Shown here piece by piece: positions 24,536-32,000 of a DNA stretch of 32,000 nt (the first letter of the stretch is position 1; each line of letters starts with the position of its first letter). Location of the stretch: contig NZ_LT671858.1 in assembly GCF_900083515.1 (NCBI RefSeq), positions 810,001-842,000 of the forward strand, in the 5' to 3' direction. Made by a program: the position numbers and the translations under genes. The notes under the pieces are model-generated. The model searched no databases. It was not told the DNA's origin and saw only the letters and a program-made list of their open reading frames with translations. The stretch is from Cuniculiplasma divulgatum (GTDB lineage: Archaea > Thermoplasmatota > Thermoplasmata > Thermoplasmatales > Thermoplasmataceae).

Positions 24536-24793
24536 TCAATTCACTTCTCTTCTATTATAACTGACCTTTTCAGGAAAAGTAAGAAGAAGTATGGCATCTC
24601 CAATTGATTTGATCCATCTGAACGGGATTGAAATTGGAATACCCTCACTCACAACATTACTGTTCGTATCTTTAATTAACAACCCGTAGACGTTGCCACT
24701 TTCAAAATCAAGAATAACGTCGTAAACATTACCAACAAGCACTCCTTTTTCTGTATATACTGGTTTCTCTATCAACGCATCAGTAGAAATCAT
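24536..24793 (-). CDS. Small PRC-barrel domain protein
   Basis: 85 aa. The pattern EKPVYTEKGVLVGNVYDVILDFESGNVYGLLIKD....IPISIPFRWIKSIGDAILL matches the PRC-barrel sequence pattern of small archaeal stand-alone PRC proteins. It starts 4 nt downstream of guaAA on the same strand. Confidence 0.6.
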   Translation of the reverse strand: MISTDALIEKPVYTEKGVLVGNVYDVILDFESGNVYGLLIKDTNSNVVSEGIPISIPFRWIKSIGDAILLLTFPEKVSYNRREVN

Positions 24794-24797
24794 TAAT

Positions 24798-25364
24798 TCA
24801 CCTTCTACAATATTCTATAAAGGATTTGAACATTTCTGTACCGTATTGAGTGTTTTCAACCTCTGGATGAAATTGCACACCAAACATTGATTTTTTATCA
24901 GAGTAAAAAGCTTGTACTTTACAGTTTTTTGAGTTTGAACATATTTTGAAATCATCTGAAATAGATAGTATTTCATCGTTATGATTCTCCCACACAACTA
25001 TTTCAGATGGAATCTCTTTAAATATTCCTCCCTGATTGAAAAAATTGACCTTTGTCTTTCCGAATTCCGGTATGGGTGAAGCTCTTACCTCACCCTTGAA
25101 ATGAAGAGCCATAAACTGTGCTCCAATGCATATTCCAAAAACTGGAACGGAAGTTTTGTCAAGAATTTCAGATATCCGCCCAAGCTTAGGAATTTCATTT
25201 GTTATGCTTGGAGCACCTCCGGAAAGTACCCAGCCGTCAGAGTCCTTAATCTCTTCAAAGTTAATGTCATTGTCCACAATTTCAGAATCCACTCCCAACT
25301 TTTTCAGGACTTTCCATTCCTTGTGGGTCCACTGACCACCATTGTCAACCACGTAAATTTTCAT
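24798..25364 (-). CDS. guaAA: GMP synthase [glutamine-hydrolysing] subunit A (class I glutamine amidotransferase)
   Basis: 188 aa. It has MKIYVVDNGGQWTHKEW, the nucleophile elbow GICIGAQ, and QFHPEV (catalytic His/Glu). The stand-alone GATase subunit arrangement is typical of archaea. Confidence 0.9.
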   Translation of the reverse strand: MKIYVVDNGGQWTHKEWKVLKKLGVDSEIVDNDINFEEIKDSDGWVLSGGAPSITNEIPKLGRISEILDKTSVPVFGICIGAQFMALHFKGEVRASPIPEFGKTKVNFFNQGGIFKEIPSEIVVWENHNDEILSISDDFKICSNSKNCKVQAFYSDKKSMFGVQFHPEVENTQYGTEMFKSFIEYCRR

Positions 25365-25482
25365 AGATGATAATTCCTGATTTCCTTTTATAATTTCTAC
25401 ATATCGATATTTTTGCTAAAGTCTTCATTATAGATCCTTAAACAATTAATACTTTAGTCGGAATTCGTTATTTGCGTGCCTG

Positions 25483-25505
25483 TATTTCAATGATATATTG
25501 AAATA
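25483..25505. promoter_or_regulatory. Perfect 9-bp inverted repeat TATTTCAAT-N5-ATTGAAATA in the guaAA / gar1-tfb divergent spacer
   Basis: Read directly: the arms are at 25483-25491 and 25497-25505. It lies about 67-89 nt upstream of the gar1 ATG and about 119-141 nt upstream of the guaAA ATG. Confidence 0.3.
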
Positions 25506-25540
25506 GGTTGAAAAGAGACTATTAAAAGTATTACGAATAG

Positions 25541-25548
25541 TTTATTAA
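25541..25548 (+). promoter_or_regulatory. TATA-box-like element for gar1-tfb
   Basis: TTTATTAA is centred about 27 nt upstream of ATG 25572. Confidence 0.3.
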
Positions 25549-25571
25549 CTTGTTAACTATAAGGTAAATAT

Positions 25572-25787
25572 ATGCAAATTTCTCTCCCTATTTATCATGA
25601 CCTAGGAAATGAGTTTGTAGTGCTTAACGTTTCTGAGGATTTGATTAATAGAGCTGTTTTTGACAACAAAGGTAACAAGGTAGGAAGAATAGTAAGAATT
25701 ATTGGCCCCATTTCTGAGCCAATGGGAGTAGTAGTACTTTCAAAGAAATTTGATTCAGAAGATAGGAGAGTATTTGTTAAAAACTAG
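25572..25787 (+). CDS. gar1: H/ACA ribonucleoprotein component Gar1
   Basis: 71 aa. The core NRAVFDNKGNKVGRIVRIIGPISEPMGVVVL matches the archaeal Gar1 motif (V.d...  .G.v.dvfGPv..Pyv.v). It lies immediately upstream of tfb, and its stop overlaps the tfb Shine-Dalgarno-like motif. Confidence 0.65.
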   Translation: MQISLPIYHDLGNEFVVLNVSEDLINRAVFDNKGNKVGRIVRIIGPISEPMGVVVLSKKFDSEDRRVFVKN

Positions 25788-25792
25788 GTGAT
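25786..25792 (+). promoter_or_regulatory. Shine-Dalgarno-like motif AGGTGAT for tfb
   Basis: AGGTGAT lies 4 nt upstream of ATG 25797 and overlaps the gar1 stop codon (25785-25787). Confidence 0.5.
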
Positions 25793-25796
25793 TTAG

Positions 25797-26729
25797 ATGG
25801 AAAAAGAAAAAAGAAAAATTGAGCAGATAGAAAAGTGTCCGGAATGTGGTTCAACTGATCTTTCCAGGGATTACGAAAGGGGCGAACTGGTGTGCAATAA
25901 ATGTGGTATTGTCATTGACGAAAGTTATATTGATCAGGGACCAGAATGGAGGGCATTCGACACAGAGCAGAATGAATCCAGAGCAAGGGCTGGTTCCCCA
26001 ATGACTTTTACATTGCACGACAAGGGTTTATCCACAGATATATCATGGAAGAATAAGGATTCTTACGGTAAATCCATACCAACCAGAAATAGGGCGCAAT
26101 TATACAGACTGAGAAAATGGCAGAAGAGGATAAAGGTATCAAATGCGGCAGAGAGAAACCTTTCACAGGCATTGCAGGAAATGGAAAGAATGGCATCTAA
26201 TCTCAGTATTCCAAATGATGTTAGAGAAACTGCAGCTGTTATTTACAGAAAGGCAGTCAAACAGAACATGATCAGGGGTAGGAGTATTGAAGGGGTTGTA
26301 GCCGGCTCTCTATACGCTGCGTGCAGAATCACAAATGTGCCAAGAACCTTGGACGAAATCGCATCTATAACAAGGGTTAAGAAAAAGGAAATTGGTCGAA
26401 CATACCGTATTATGAGCAGATATCTACAGCTTAACATAATGCCATCAAAGCCTGAAGACTACCTGAACAGATTCTGCAGTAAACTTAAGCTCTCCCTGGA
26501 TACAAGAAAACAGGCAGCTGAAATAATTAAACTTGCACAGGATAATGACCTTACATCAGGAAAAGGTCCAACTGGAGTGGCCGCTGCAGCCATATACATT
26601 GCATCGATTCTTATGAATGAAAGGAGAACCCAAAGATCTGTAGCTGAAGTTGCAGGAGTAACCGAAGTGACAATCAGAAACAGGTATAAGGAGCTAACAG
26701 AGAAGCTTAACCTTGAGGTTCAGGAATAA
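25797..26729 (+). CDS. tfb: Transcription initiation factor IIB (TFB)
   Basis: It has an N-terminal Zn ribbon CPECGS...CNKCG, a B-reader/linker (GPEWRAFD) and two cyclin-fold repeats ([18 protein letters not shown]; [16 protein letters not shown]). AGGTGAT at 25786-25792 lies 4 nt upstream of the ATG. Confidence 0.97.
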   Translation: MEKEKRKIEQIEKCPECGSTDLSRDYERGELVCNKCGIVIDESYIDQGPEWRAFDTEQNESRARAGSPMTFTLHDKGLSTDISWKNKDSYGKSIPTRNRAQLYRLRKWQKRIKVSNAAERNLSQALQEMERMASNLSIPNDVRETAAVIYRKAVKQNMIRGRSIEGVVAGSLYAACRITNVPRTLDEIASITRVKKKEIGRTYRIMSRYLQLNIMPSKPEDYLNRFCSKLKLSLDTRKQAAEIIKLAQDNDLTSGKGPTGVAAAAIYIASILMNERRTQRSVAEVAGVTEVTIRNRYKELTEKLNLEVQE

Positions 26730-26959
26730 TCCTCAAATATTTTTTCAACAATTTCAAAAATTTTTAAAAATTCATCAGTTAAACTGTAAATTGATGAAAG
26801 TTTAACATTATTTATTTTAATAGTTAATTTTTCACTTTCCACCCTTTCCATGATAACAAAGCCATCATTTTCTGGTGACGCGCACTTTAAAAAAGTGTCT
26901 ATTGTTTCTTTGGAACCACTTAATGATAAATCTATATGCATTAACTCAAAACAGTTCAT
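26720..26959 (-). CDS. Small protein, possibly KEOPS subunit Pcc1-like
   Basis: 79 aa. By eye it aligns with archaeal Pcc1 (~80 aa): a beta-rich start ([24 protein letters not shown]) then [31 protein letters not shown], compared with Pcc1 'l.i.i.a.d..aLRa..Ns.lrwi....'. The family call is tentative. The 3' end overlaps tfb by 10 nt. Confidence 0.4.
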   Translation of the reverse strand: MNCFELMHIDLSLSGSKETIDTFLKCASPENDGFVIMERVESEKLTIKINNVKLSSIYSLTDEFLKIFEIVEKIFEDYS

Positions 26960-27414
26960 ATAAATGATGACTTTAATTTTTCTAAATTATGGAAATTTTT
27001 CAGTACATACTATCCATAACTGTTGAGTTATTTTGATCTCTTTTTAACCTTGAAATTTCAAATTAATGGTATTAATAATTTTATGAAAAGGGAAGCTTCC
27101 GTTGATATAACACGTTATAAAAACAGATATTGTCTAAATATGGTAGTCCTGCATTCCTTTAGGTTCAAGGAAATTCTGGATAAACTTGTTTTATTTCATT
27201 CTCAGAGAATACTGTATCTATCCTTTAAATTATTGTTTGATTAATTTCCTACCCTTTCTAATTGAAAGTTAATCTTCTTCGTTACTTAGGTTTTATCGTG
27301 AGATTTTCATAGGGAGCTTAGAGGTATTGAATTTGGAACAAATCAACTATATGTGACAAGTTTACTAACGATAAAGTTTTAATAATTACATAAAATTGAT
27401 AGAACAAGGCAATA

Positions 27415-28998
27415 ATGAAAAATCACACGTTAAGGGTTATAACTATTCTTATAGTATTAGGATTTGCTGCAACATCATTTTCCGTAATTAGTAATTTCAG
27501 TGTGGAAAAAATATCATTAAAAGACAAGATAAAAATTTTGGACAAACCCATGTCATCCAGTATTATCATGGATACTATTTTAGTAGGTTCTACACCTGTA
27601 GCAATGGCTTACGATTCCATGAATAGTAATTTGTACGTAGTAAATCGTGGTTCAAACGACATCACCGTAATCAATAATACAAATAAGATCATTGGCAGCA
27701 TTGAGGTAGGTTCTAGTCCAAATGATATTGCCTTTGATCCTCTAAATGGTTGTTTATATGTTACAAACACAGGATCAAACAATGTCACTGTGATTAATGA
27801 CAAAAATAAAGTGGTTGATTCCATTTCCATTAAACATCCAGTCGCCTTAGCTTTTGATTCTCTGAACGGTGATTTGTATGTAACTTGTTGTGATTCAGCT
27901 AATGTTTCGGTGATCAATGATATAAACAATGTCATCGACACCATTCCTGTAGGCAAATTGCCAATTTCTGTTGCATTTGACCCTTTAAATGGATATATAT
28001 ACGTCGCGAGTTTTGAGTCCAAATATTTGACGGTGATAAACGATACAAATAGCGTAGTTGATAAAATTCCGGTATGCTATGAACTTAAATCTCTGGTTTA
28101 TGACTCTTTGAATGGTTTTATGTATGTTTCCGAGAGGGGATCAAATAGGGTTATGGTCATCAATAATACAAATAAAGTTGTGGATACCATTCAGGTAAAT
28201 GATCCAGCAGGAATGGCCTTTAATTCTGTAAACGGATACATCTATGTGGCTAGTTGTGATTGTAATAACGTAACGGTGATAAATAATACAAATAAAATTG
28301 TGGAGTCTATTTCAGTAGGTCTGGAACCAATTGCCATTACCGTAAATTCTGCAAATGGATATGTGTATGTTGCTAACGCAGCATCGAACAACATAAGTGT
28401 AATCAGTCCAATACAAGGGACATACCCTGCAGAATTCTCTGAATCTGGACTTCCATCAGGAACAGTTTGGAACGTTATTTTAGGAAATGGTACCTCTGAA
28501 CAATCTCGCGGAAACACACTTACAATGTGTTTATCGAATGGGAACTATCAATATAGGGTAGTAACCTCAGATCATGAGTATAGGGCGCTTGAATATTCTA
28601 GCTCTGTTCACTTGGCAGGCGGAGCACAGCAAATAAAGATTCAATTCACTATGGTGACATATTCTGTTATGTTCAGGGAAACTGGATTACCTTCAGGTAC
28701 AACCTGGTATTTGAACATAGAAGGTCATGATTCAGGTCCTATCTCAGATTCAAATTATACTATTTCCCTACCCAATGGAACATACTCATACACCATAATC
28801 ACCGTTTCGGGATATAGTACTACTAAATCATCTGGGTCCGTAAATGTCAAAGGAAATGACACATCACAAACTGTGACATTTTATCCAACACATTCAAATT
28901 TATTCGATACTGAACTTTACATAATCATAGGTGCGATTGGAGCAATTATTCTTTTAGGAATGGTGGTACTTATATGGATTAGAAGAATTAAAAAATAA
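27415..28998 (+). CDS. Surface protein: signal/anchor + 7-bladed YVTN beta-propeller + two 'GLPSGT' beta-sandwich modules + C-terminal TM anchor
   Basis: 527 aa. It has an N-terminal hydrophobic segment (VITILIVLGFAATSF) and seven ~41-aa repeats with the YVTN-family pattern (P..IAFD..NG.LYV.N.GSN.VTVIN..NKVV.SI). Two ~79-aa modules follow, each starting E(S/T)GLPSGT.W as in thermopsin-family C-terminal repeats. The C-terminus is LYIIIGAIGAIILLGMVVLIWI-RRIKK. Confidence 0.85.
   Translation: MKNHTLRVITILIVLGFAATSFSVISNFSVEKISLKDKIKILDKPMSSSIIMDTILVGSTPVAMAYDSMNSNLYVVNRGSNDITVINNTNKIIGSIEVGSSPNDIAFDPLNGCLYVTNTGSNNVTVINDKNKVVDSISIKHPVALAFDSLNGDLYVTCCDSANVSVINDINNVIDTIPVGKLPISVAFDPLNGYIYVASFESKYLTVINDTNSVVDKIPVCYELKSLVYDSLNGFMYVSERGSNRVMVINNTNKVVDTIQVNDPAGMAFNSVNGYIYVASCDCNNVTVINNTNKIVESISVGLEPIAITVNSANGYVYVANAASNNISVISPIQGTYPAEFSESGLPSGTVWNVILGNGTSEQSRGNTLTMCLSNGNYQYRVVTSDHEYRALEYSSSVHLAGGAQQIKIQFTMVTYSVMFRETGLPSGTTWYLNIEGHDSGPISDSNYTISLPNGTYSYTIITVSGYSTTKSSGSVNVKGNDTSQTVTFYPTHSNLFDTELYIIIGAIGAIILLGMVVLIWIRRIKK
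27577..28416 (+). repeat. Seven in-frame tandem coding repeats (period 120-123 bp) encoding the propeller blades
   Basis: The conserved 'V(I/M)N(N/D)xN' DNA block GT[AGC]AT[CTA]AA[TC][AG]A... recurs at 27667, 27790, 27910, 28033, 28156, 28276 and 28399. The spacings are 123, 120, 123, 123, 120 and 123 bp. Confidence 0.8.
28426..28905 (+). repeat. Two tandem ~237-bp coding repeats (GLPSGT modules)
   Basis: GAATCTGGACTTCCATCAGGAACAGTTTGG (28441-28470) and GAAACTGGATTACCTTCAGGTACAACCTGG (28678-28707) are 237 bp apart. The protein segments that follow are parallel (..SNGNYQYRV.. / ..PNGTYSYTI..). Confidence 0.7.
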
Positions 28999-29007
28999 TT
29001 CCTCTAA

Positions 29008-29013
29008 TTTTTT
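29008..29013 (+). terminator. Oligo-T tract downstream of the YVTN surface protein gene
   Basis: A T6 run lies 10-15 nt after the stop codon (28996-28998). Archaeal intrinsic termination uses oligo-T tracts. Confidence 0.3.
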
Positions 29014-29306
29014 GATTAGTGTATACTTTTATAAATTATATCTGGTTCACTCAAACAAAAGCTACATGGCAGACCATTTACTGATGTATACGAGTATTTA
29101 GTAATATATAAATTAAAATTGAAGTGGAGATTGTAATATTTATAAGTTTATTTTGTACCTCTTTCTGAAGTATTATTTAATTAAGTAATCCTAACTCGAA
29201 AGATAGTTTAAAGTTGTTATAGGTTTGAATTAAAATGAATTTTCGGAAATCATTTTGAAAACAGAACATACTATAAAGTTAAATGAAGTCAGGTAATTTA
29301 AATTAA

Positions 29307-30077
29307 ATGGAAAAGATAAGAAGATTGGAAAGCTCTGAGTCAATTAATGATATAATAAAAATTAGCGAAATTAATAACTCAACCTTTGATCACTTTATCC
29401 CTTTATTTGTTAGACAAGCACTCGCTAGTTCAGGAGAAGTATTTGTGTCAGAGGAAGGTGGAAGTTTAAGGGGGCTATACATATACGATCCCATAGAGGA
29501 AACAGGAACGTGCTTTACCAATAGTACCAGTACGGCAAAGAATTTCTATTCCTTAGGATTAGGTGCAGAATTTTTTTCCGAAATAAAGTTCAAAGAAGGT
29601 GCCAAAATTGAAAAGATAAATTATTTGAATATTTCCAGTTATGAGAATAGTCTTAGCATTAAAAATCCAGTTGAAATTCTCAATTCTTCTAAAATTTATG
29701 ACATTATAAAGTTTCTAAAAAAGGCATACCATAAAGTGAATGAAAAATGGGTAGCAGTGGCCATGGAAACCGGGGAAAAATGCTTTTGCTGTAAGGTAGA
29801 CAATCACATTGTGGGCATGGGATGGATCTCTCCATTCATGAATTTGGCAAGATTGCACAGTCTGTACGTGGAACCTGAATACAGGTATATCTCCATAGGA
29901 AAAGATCTTTTGATATCTAGATTATATTATGCTGCTCATTCTGGTATAAATAAGGTTATATCTGAAATACCCGAACAAAGTATATATTCACAGCGAATTG
30001 CAACAGGCCAGGGTTTTAGAAATGATGGATTCATTTACAATTATCTAAGAACAGAATCAGATAACAATAGGGCTTAA
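29307..30077 (+). CDS. GNAT-family N-acetyltransferase (C-terminal GNAT core with a divergent N-terminal half)
   Basis: 256 aa. The C-terminal half has GNAT strands and motif A: HIVGMGWISPFMNLARLHSLYVEPEYRYISIGKDLLISRLYYAAHSGINKV. The N-terminal ~110 aa is only loosely GNAT-like. Confidence 0.6.
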   Translation: MEKIRRLESSESINDIIKISEINNSTFDHFIPLFVRQALASSGEVFVSEEGGSLRGLYIYDPIEETGTCFTNSTSTAKNFYSLGLGAEFFSEIKFKEGAKIEKINYLNISSYENSLSIKNPVEILNSSKIYDIIKFLKKAYHKVNEKWVAVAMETGEKCFCCKVDNHIVGMGWISPFMNLARLHSLYVEPEYRYISIGKDLLISRLYYAAHSGINKVISEIPEQSIYSQRIATGQGFRNDGFIYNYLRTESDNNRA

Positions 30078-31117
30078 GTTCTTGGTGCTCCACAGTATGG
30101 ACACTTCTCCGCCGTAGAATCGATGAGCGCCCCACAGTACTGGCACTTAACCTTTACTACCTCCTTTATTACAACCTGTTCGGTTTCCTTTGATTCGGGG
30201 TTTAAGTGTATTTCAGTTTTATCCTTATCTTCACTATTTTCAGTCATTTTTAAATTCCCTCCATTAGTGGAATGTTTCCTGATCTTATTTTTGTTTCCAT
30301 TACTGATCACTAAGGCTATTATTACTATTAATGCAAGAATAAATACTAGGGCTATTGCAAGATAGAAATATGGAAAAGGTGATGACTTCTGATGATTCAA
30401 ATGTGTCGTTGAAATGCTTACTCCATAACTTGAATCCTTGACATATAGGGTATTTGAACATGTAAATCCGTCTCCCTGACCATTTGAATCAACTTCTTTG
30501 TAATTATAGGCAACTATGAATCCGGAAGATTTATCATAATAAGCATTCCAGGTATAAGTCGCATTAAAGATCCCGTATGAATCATTCCGTACATAGGTTC
30601 CATTTCCCTGAAGAAATATGGTTGTAATTTGCCCATTAGTTCCACCTGGTGAGTAACTGTAATCTGTTGATACAACTTTCATGTCAGTGTTCAGGACTTC
30701 TTTTTCAGAGTTTACAGGGATAGACACATTTGTAAAGAACCAAACATGTGGATTTATGTAACCAGTTTCATTATCTGTGCCATATGTATAGCTGCAGTTA
30801 TTGGTCGAAAAAGTGAAGTTCCCTTTAGCCATCTGGTCATTGAAATAATTATAATCACTGGATCTGATTGCACATGAATAGTTGTAATTCATTGACACTC
30901 TATTATTGTTCAATAACTGTGTAACGGATTCAGTTCCGTTTATCCATGCATTTCCATAATAACCACTGTAATTTCCTTTACCATCACTTATTTGAATATA
31001 TTCATCATAGTTGAAATAGGTACCCTTCTGTGGCGCTGCCTGTACATGCACAGCGGGAATAGCCAAACTCAAGAAAATAATGAATACCAAAGCTGAAATG
31101 ATGTTTTTACGCATCAT
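30074..31117 (-). CDS. Single-pass membrane protein: signal peptide, N/Y/S/T-rich ectodomain, TM helix, cytoplasmic tail ending in a zinc ribbon
   Basis: From ATG 31117 the sequence begins MMRKNIISALVFIIFLSLAIPAVHVQA (signal-like). A ~245-aa ectodomain with many NxS/T sequons follows, then a TM helix (YFYLAIALVFILALIVIIALVI), an acidic/basic tail and CQYCGALIDSTAEKCPYCG (CxxC-x10-CxxC). The ATG overlaps the upstream stop as ATGA, and AGGTGG lies 9 nt upstream. The 25 extra codons in the track ORF are rejected. Confidence 0.7.
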   Translation of the reverse strand: MMRKNIISALVFIIFLSLAIPAVHVQAAPQKGTYFNYDEYIQISDGKGNYSGYYGNAWINGTESVTQLLNNNRVSMNYNYSCAIRSSDYNYFNDQMAKGNFTFSTNNCSYTYGTDNETGYINPHVWFFTNVSIPVNSEKEVLNTDMKVVSTDYSYSPGGTNGQITTIFLQGNGTYVRNDSYGIFNATYTWNAYYDKSSGFIVAYNYKEVDSNGQGDGFTCSNTLYVKDSSYGVSISTTHLNHQKSSPFPYFYLAIALVFILALIVIIALVISNGNKNKIRKHSTNGGNLKMTENSEDKDKTEIHLNPESKETEQVVIKEVVKVKCQYCGALIDSTAEKCPYCGAPRT

Positions 31118-31968
31118 CCTGAAAATCCACCTACGGAGTGTATATGTGCTGGATGAACTCCTCCAATACCACTGAATGTGGAATAATAGCAACCCTGGAC
31201 CATAAGCATTGGCATAAAGAACGGGAACAGAAATGGTGAAGGCATATAGTAGAAGTGGTATGGAGTGTTTATAACAGGTGCCTTTGAATCCACGTTAGTA
31301 ATCAACTCATTCCTAATTCCATGTACCAGACTTACTGCAGCTGCCATTATCTCTGACCTTTCAAATCCTGGAACACTATTCTCCAGAATATTATATGCCT
31401 TTGAAAGAAGATCGAGTGTTTCATTTGATTCCATGACCGGAACTGTTGCAACAACAGTAGAGGCAACCAAAGGATATTCAAGATAATTTTTAATAGCATC
31501 AATTATGACCGAAAGTTTATCCTTTATTTCCTCGGGTTGTAATTCTGAAATGGCAACGTAAGCAGAAGACAATTCCATATCTTCTGATTCATCGTATCCC
31601 CATTGAGAAAAAATTTGCCTCATTTTCACAAACTTATTCTTGGTTTCACTGACATCCTTGTTAATTGAAGCCATAATTGCTGCTGACTCGTAGGAAGGCG
31701 TAAGTTTCCTGAATTCATCCAAATTTTCGAAGGGATATGTTCCATCATATCTTCTGGAAAGATACACTATTGCAGCTACTGCCGTTGCAGATTCTCTGGG
31801 AATGTGGCTTTCATGCCTTACTTTTTTGAAAACTTCTTTAAATTCTTCCATATCTGAAACAACATCCTTACCTGATCCTGTAAGTATTTCCGTGGCCATT
31901 AATCGGTTTTCTATGTTTTTAGTAAACGAACCCATTTCCTCATATATACTGTGAAACTTGTTTTCCAT
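31114..31968 (-). CDS. Hypothetical helical protein with hydrophobic/aromatic C-terminal tail (tail-anchor-like)
   Basis: 284-aa ORF. It has recurring Ala/Val-rich helices (ATAVAAIVYLS, ESAAIMASIN, LSSAYVAISEL, LVASTVVATV, EIMAAAVSLVHGI). The last ~45 aa are PYHFYYMPSPFLFPFFMPMLMVQGCYYSTFSGIGGVHPAHIHSVGGFSG. I could not assign a family. It is translationally coupled to the downstream zinc-ribbon protein. Confidence 0.6.
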   Translation of the reverse strand: MENKFHSIYEEMGSFTKNIENRLMATEILTGSGKDVVSDMEEFKEVFKKVRHESHIPRESATAVAAIVYLSRRYDGTYPFENLDEFRKLTPSYESAAIMASINKDVSETKNKFVKMRQIFSQWGYDESEDMELSSAYVAISELQPEEIKDKLSVIIDAIKNYLEYPLVASTVVATVPVMESNETLDLLSKAYNILENSVPGFERSEIMAAAVSLVHGIRNELITNVDSKAPVINTPYHFYYMPSPFLFPFFMPMLMVQGCYYSTFSGIGGVHPAHIHSVGGFSG

Positions 31969-32000
31969 AGATGTTACATCATCTTTGAATTTGGCCAGTC

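Noticed and set aside
27023-27244. 73-aa ORF on the plus strand in the long spacer upstream of the surface-protein gene
   Set aside because: It has a TTG start and a very AT-rich, low-complexity composition. I recognise no motif and no SD- or TATA-like element at a sensible distance. It lies in a divergent promoter region, so it is most likely a chance ORF.
27609-28517. Minus-strand ORFs at 27609-28022 (137 aa) and 28242-28517 (91 aa)
   Set aside because: They are antisense to the YVTN repeat region. Their own periodic sequence (..TYK.PF.GSKA..) mirrors the sense-strand repeat. They are an artefact of repeat codon composition.
1-32000. Search for CRISPR arrays, IS elements/transposases, integrases, tRNA/rRNA genes and known defence-system genes
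   Set aside because: No spaced direct-repeat array was found and no GC-rich structured-RNA island appears in any intergenic region. No ORF has transposase, integrase, nuclease-helicase or other defence hallmarks. The scan was by eye only, so short or degenerate elements could have been missed.

Overview
This is a compact, AT-rich stretch of archaeal chromosome. TFB, Gar1, a stand-alone GMP synthase amidotransferase subunit, a Pcc1-like ORF, a GH15 enzyme and thermopsin-type 'GLPSGT' modules together suggest an acidophilic Thermoplasmata (Ferroplasma/Thermoplasma-like) genome; that assignment is inference. I support 32 protein-coding genes. I recognised no rRNA, tRNA, CRISPR array, transposase, integrase or obvious defence gene. 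Gene content, left to right:
- a truncated acyl-CoA synthetase
- an APC permease
- a sugar ABC importer (two permeases and an ATPase), convergent with a membrane-anchored solute-binding protein and a GH15 glucoamylase/trehalase
- a second APC permease behind a DtxR-family metalloregulator
- a two-domain rhodanese
- a tightly coupled thiolase / 3-hydroxybutyryl-CoA dehydrogenase / crotonase operon
- a cysteine-synthase-family PLP enzyme
- a TPR protein
- a thioredoxin / thioredoxin reductase / Rieske operon with a divergent wHTH regulator
- a Gfo/Idh/MocA oxidoreductase
- a DUF929-like protein with a polytopic membrane partner
- a ClC-CBS channel
- guaAA with a PRC-barrel protein
- gar1-tfb
- a 7-bladed YVTN surface protein
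- a GNAT
- an uncharacterised membrane operon running off the right edge.

Most of the window is ordinary housekeeping and metabolism. The items most worth a second look are:
1. The trx-trxR-Rieske operon. Its TrxR lacks the NADPH 2'-phosphate arginines, so the co-encoded Rieske protein may be its redox partner.
2. The coupled operon of a tail-anchored helical protein and a zinc-ribbon glycoprotein (30074-32000).
3. The DUF929-like protein with a degenerate CxxC and its membrane partner.
4. An apparently rearranged solute-binding protein.
5. An unexplained 451-bp non-coding gap between convergent genes, in a genome where other convergent pairs overlap.

All homology calls come from motif recognition by eye. 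No searches or computations were run.
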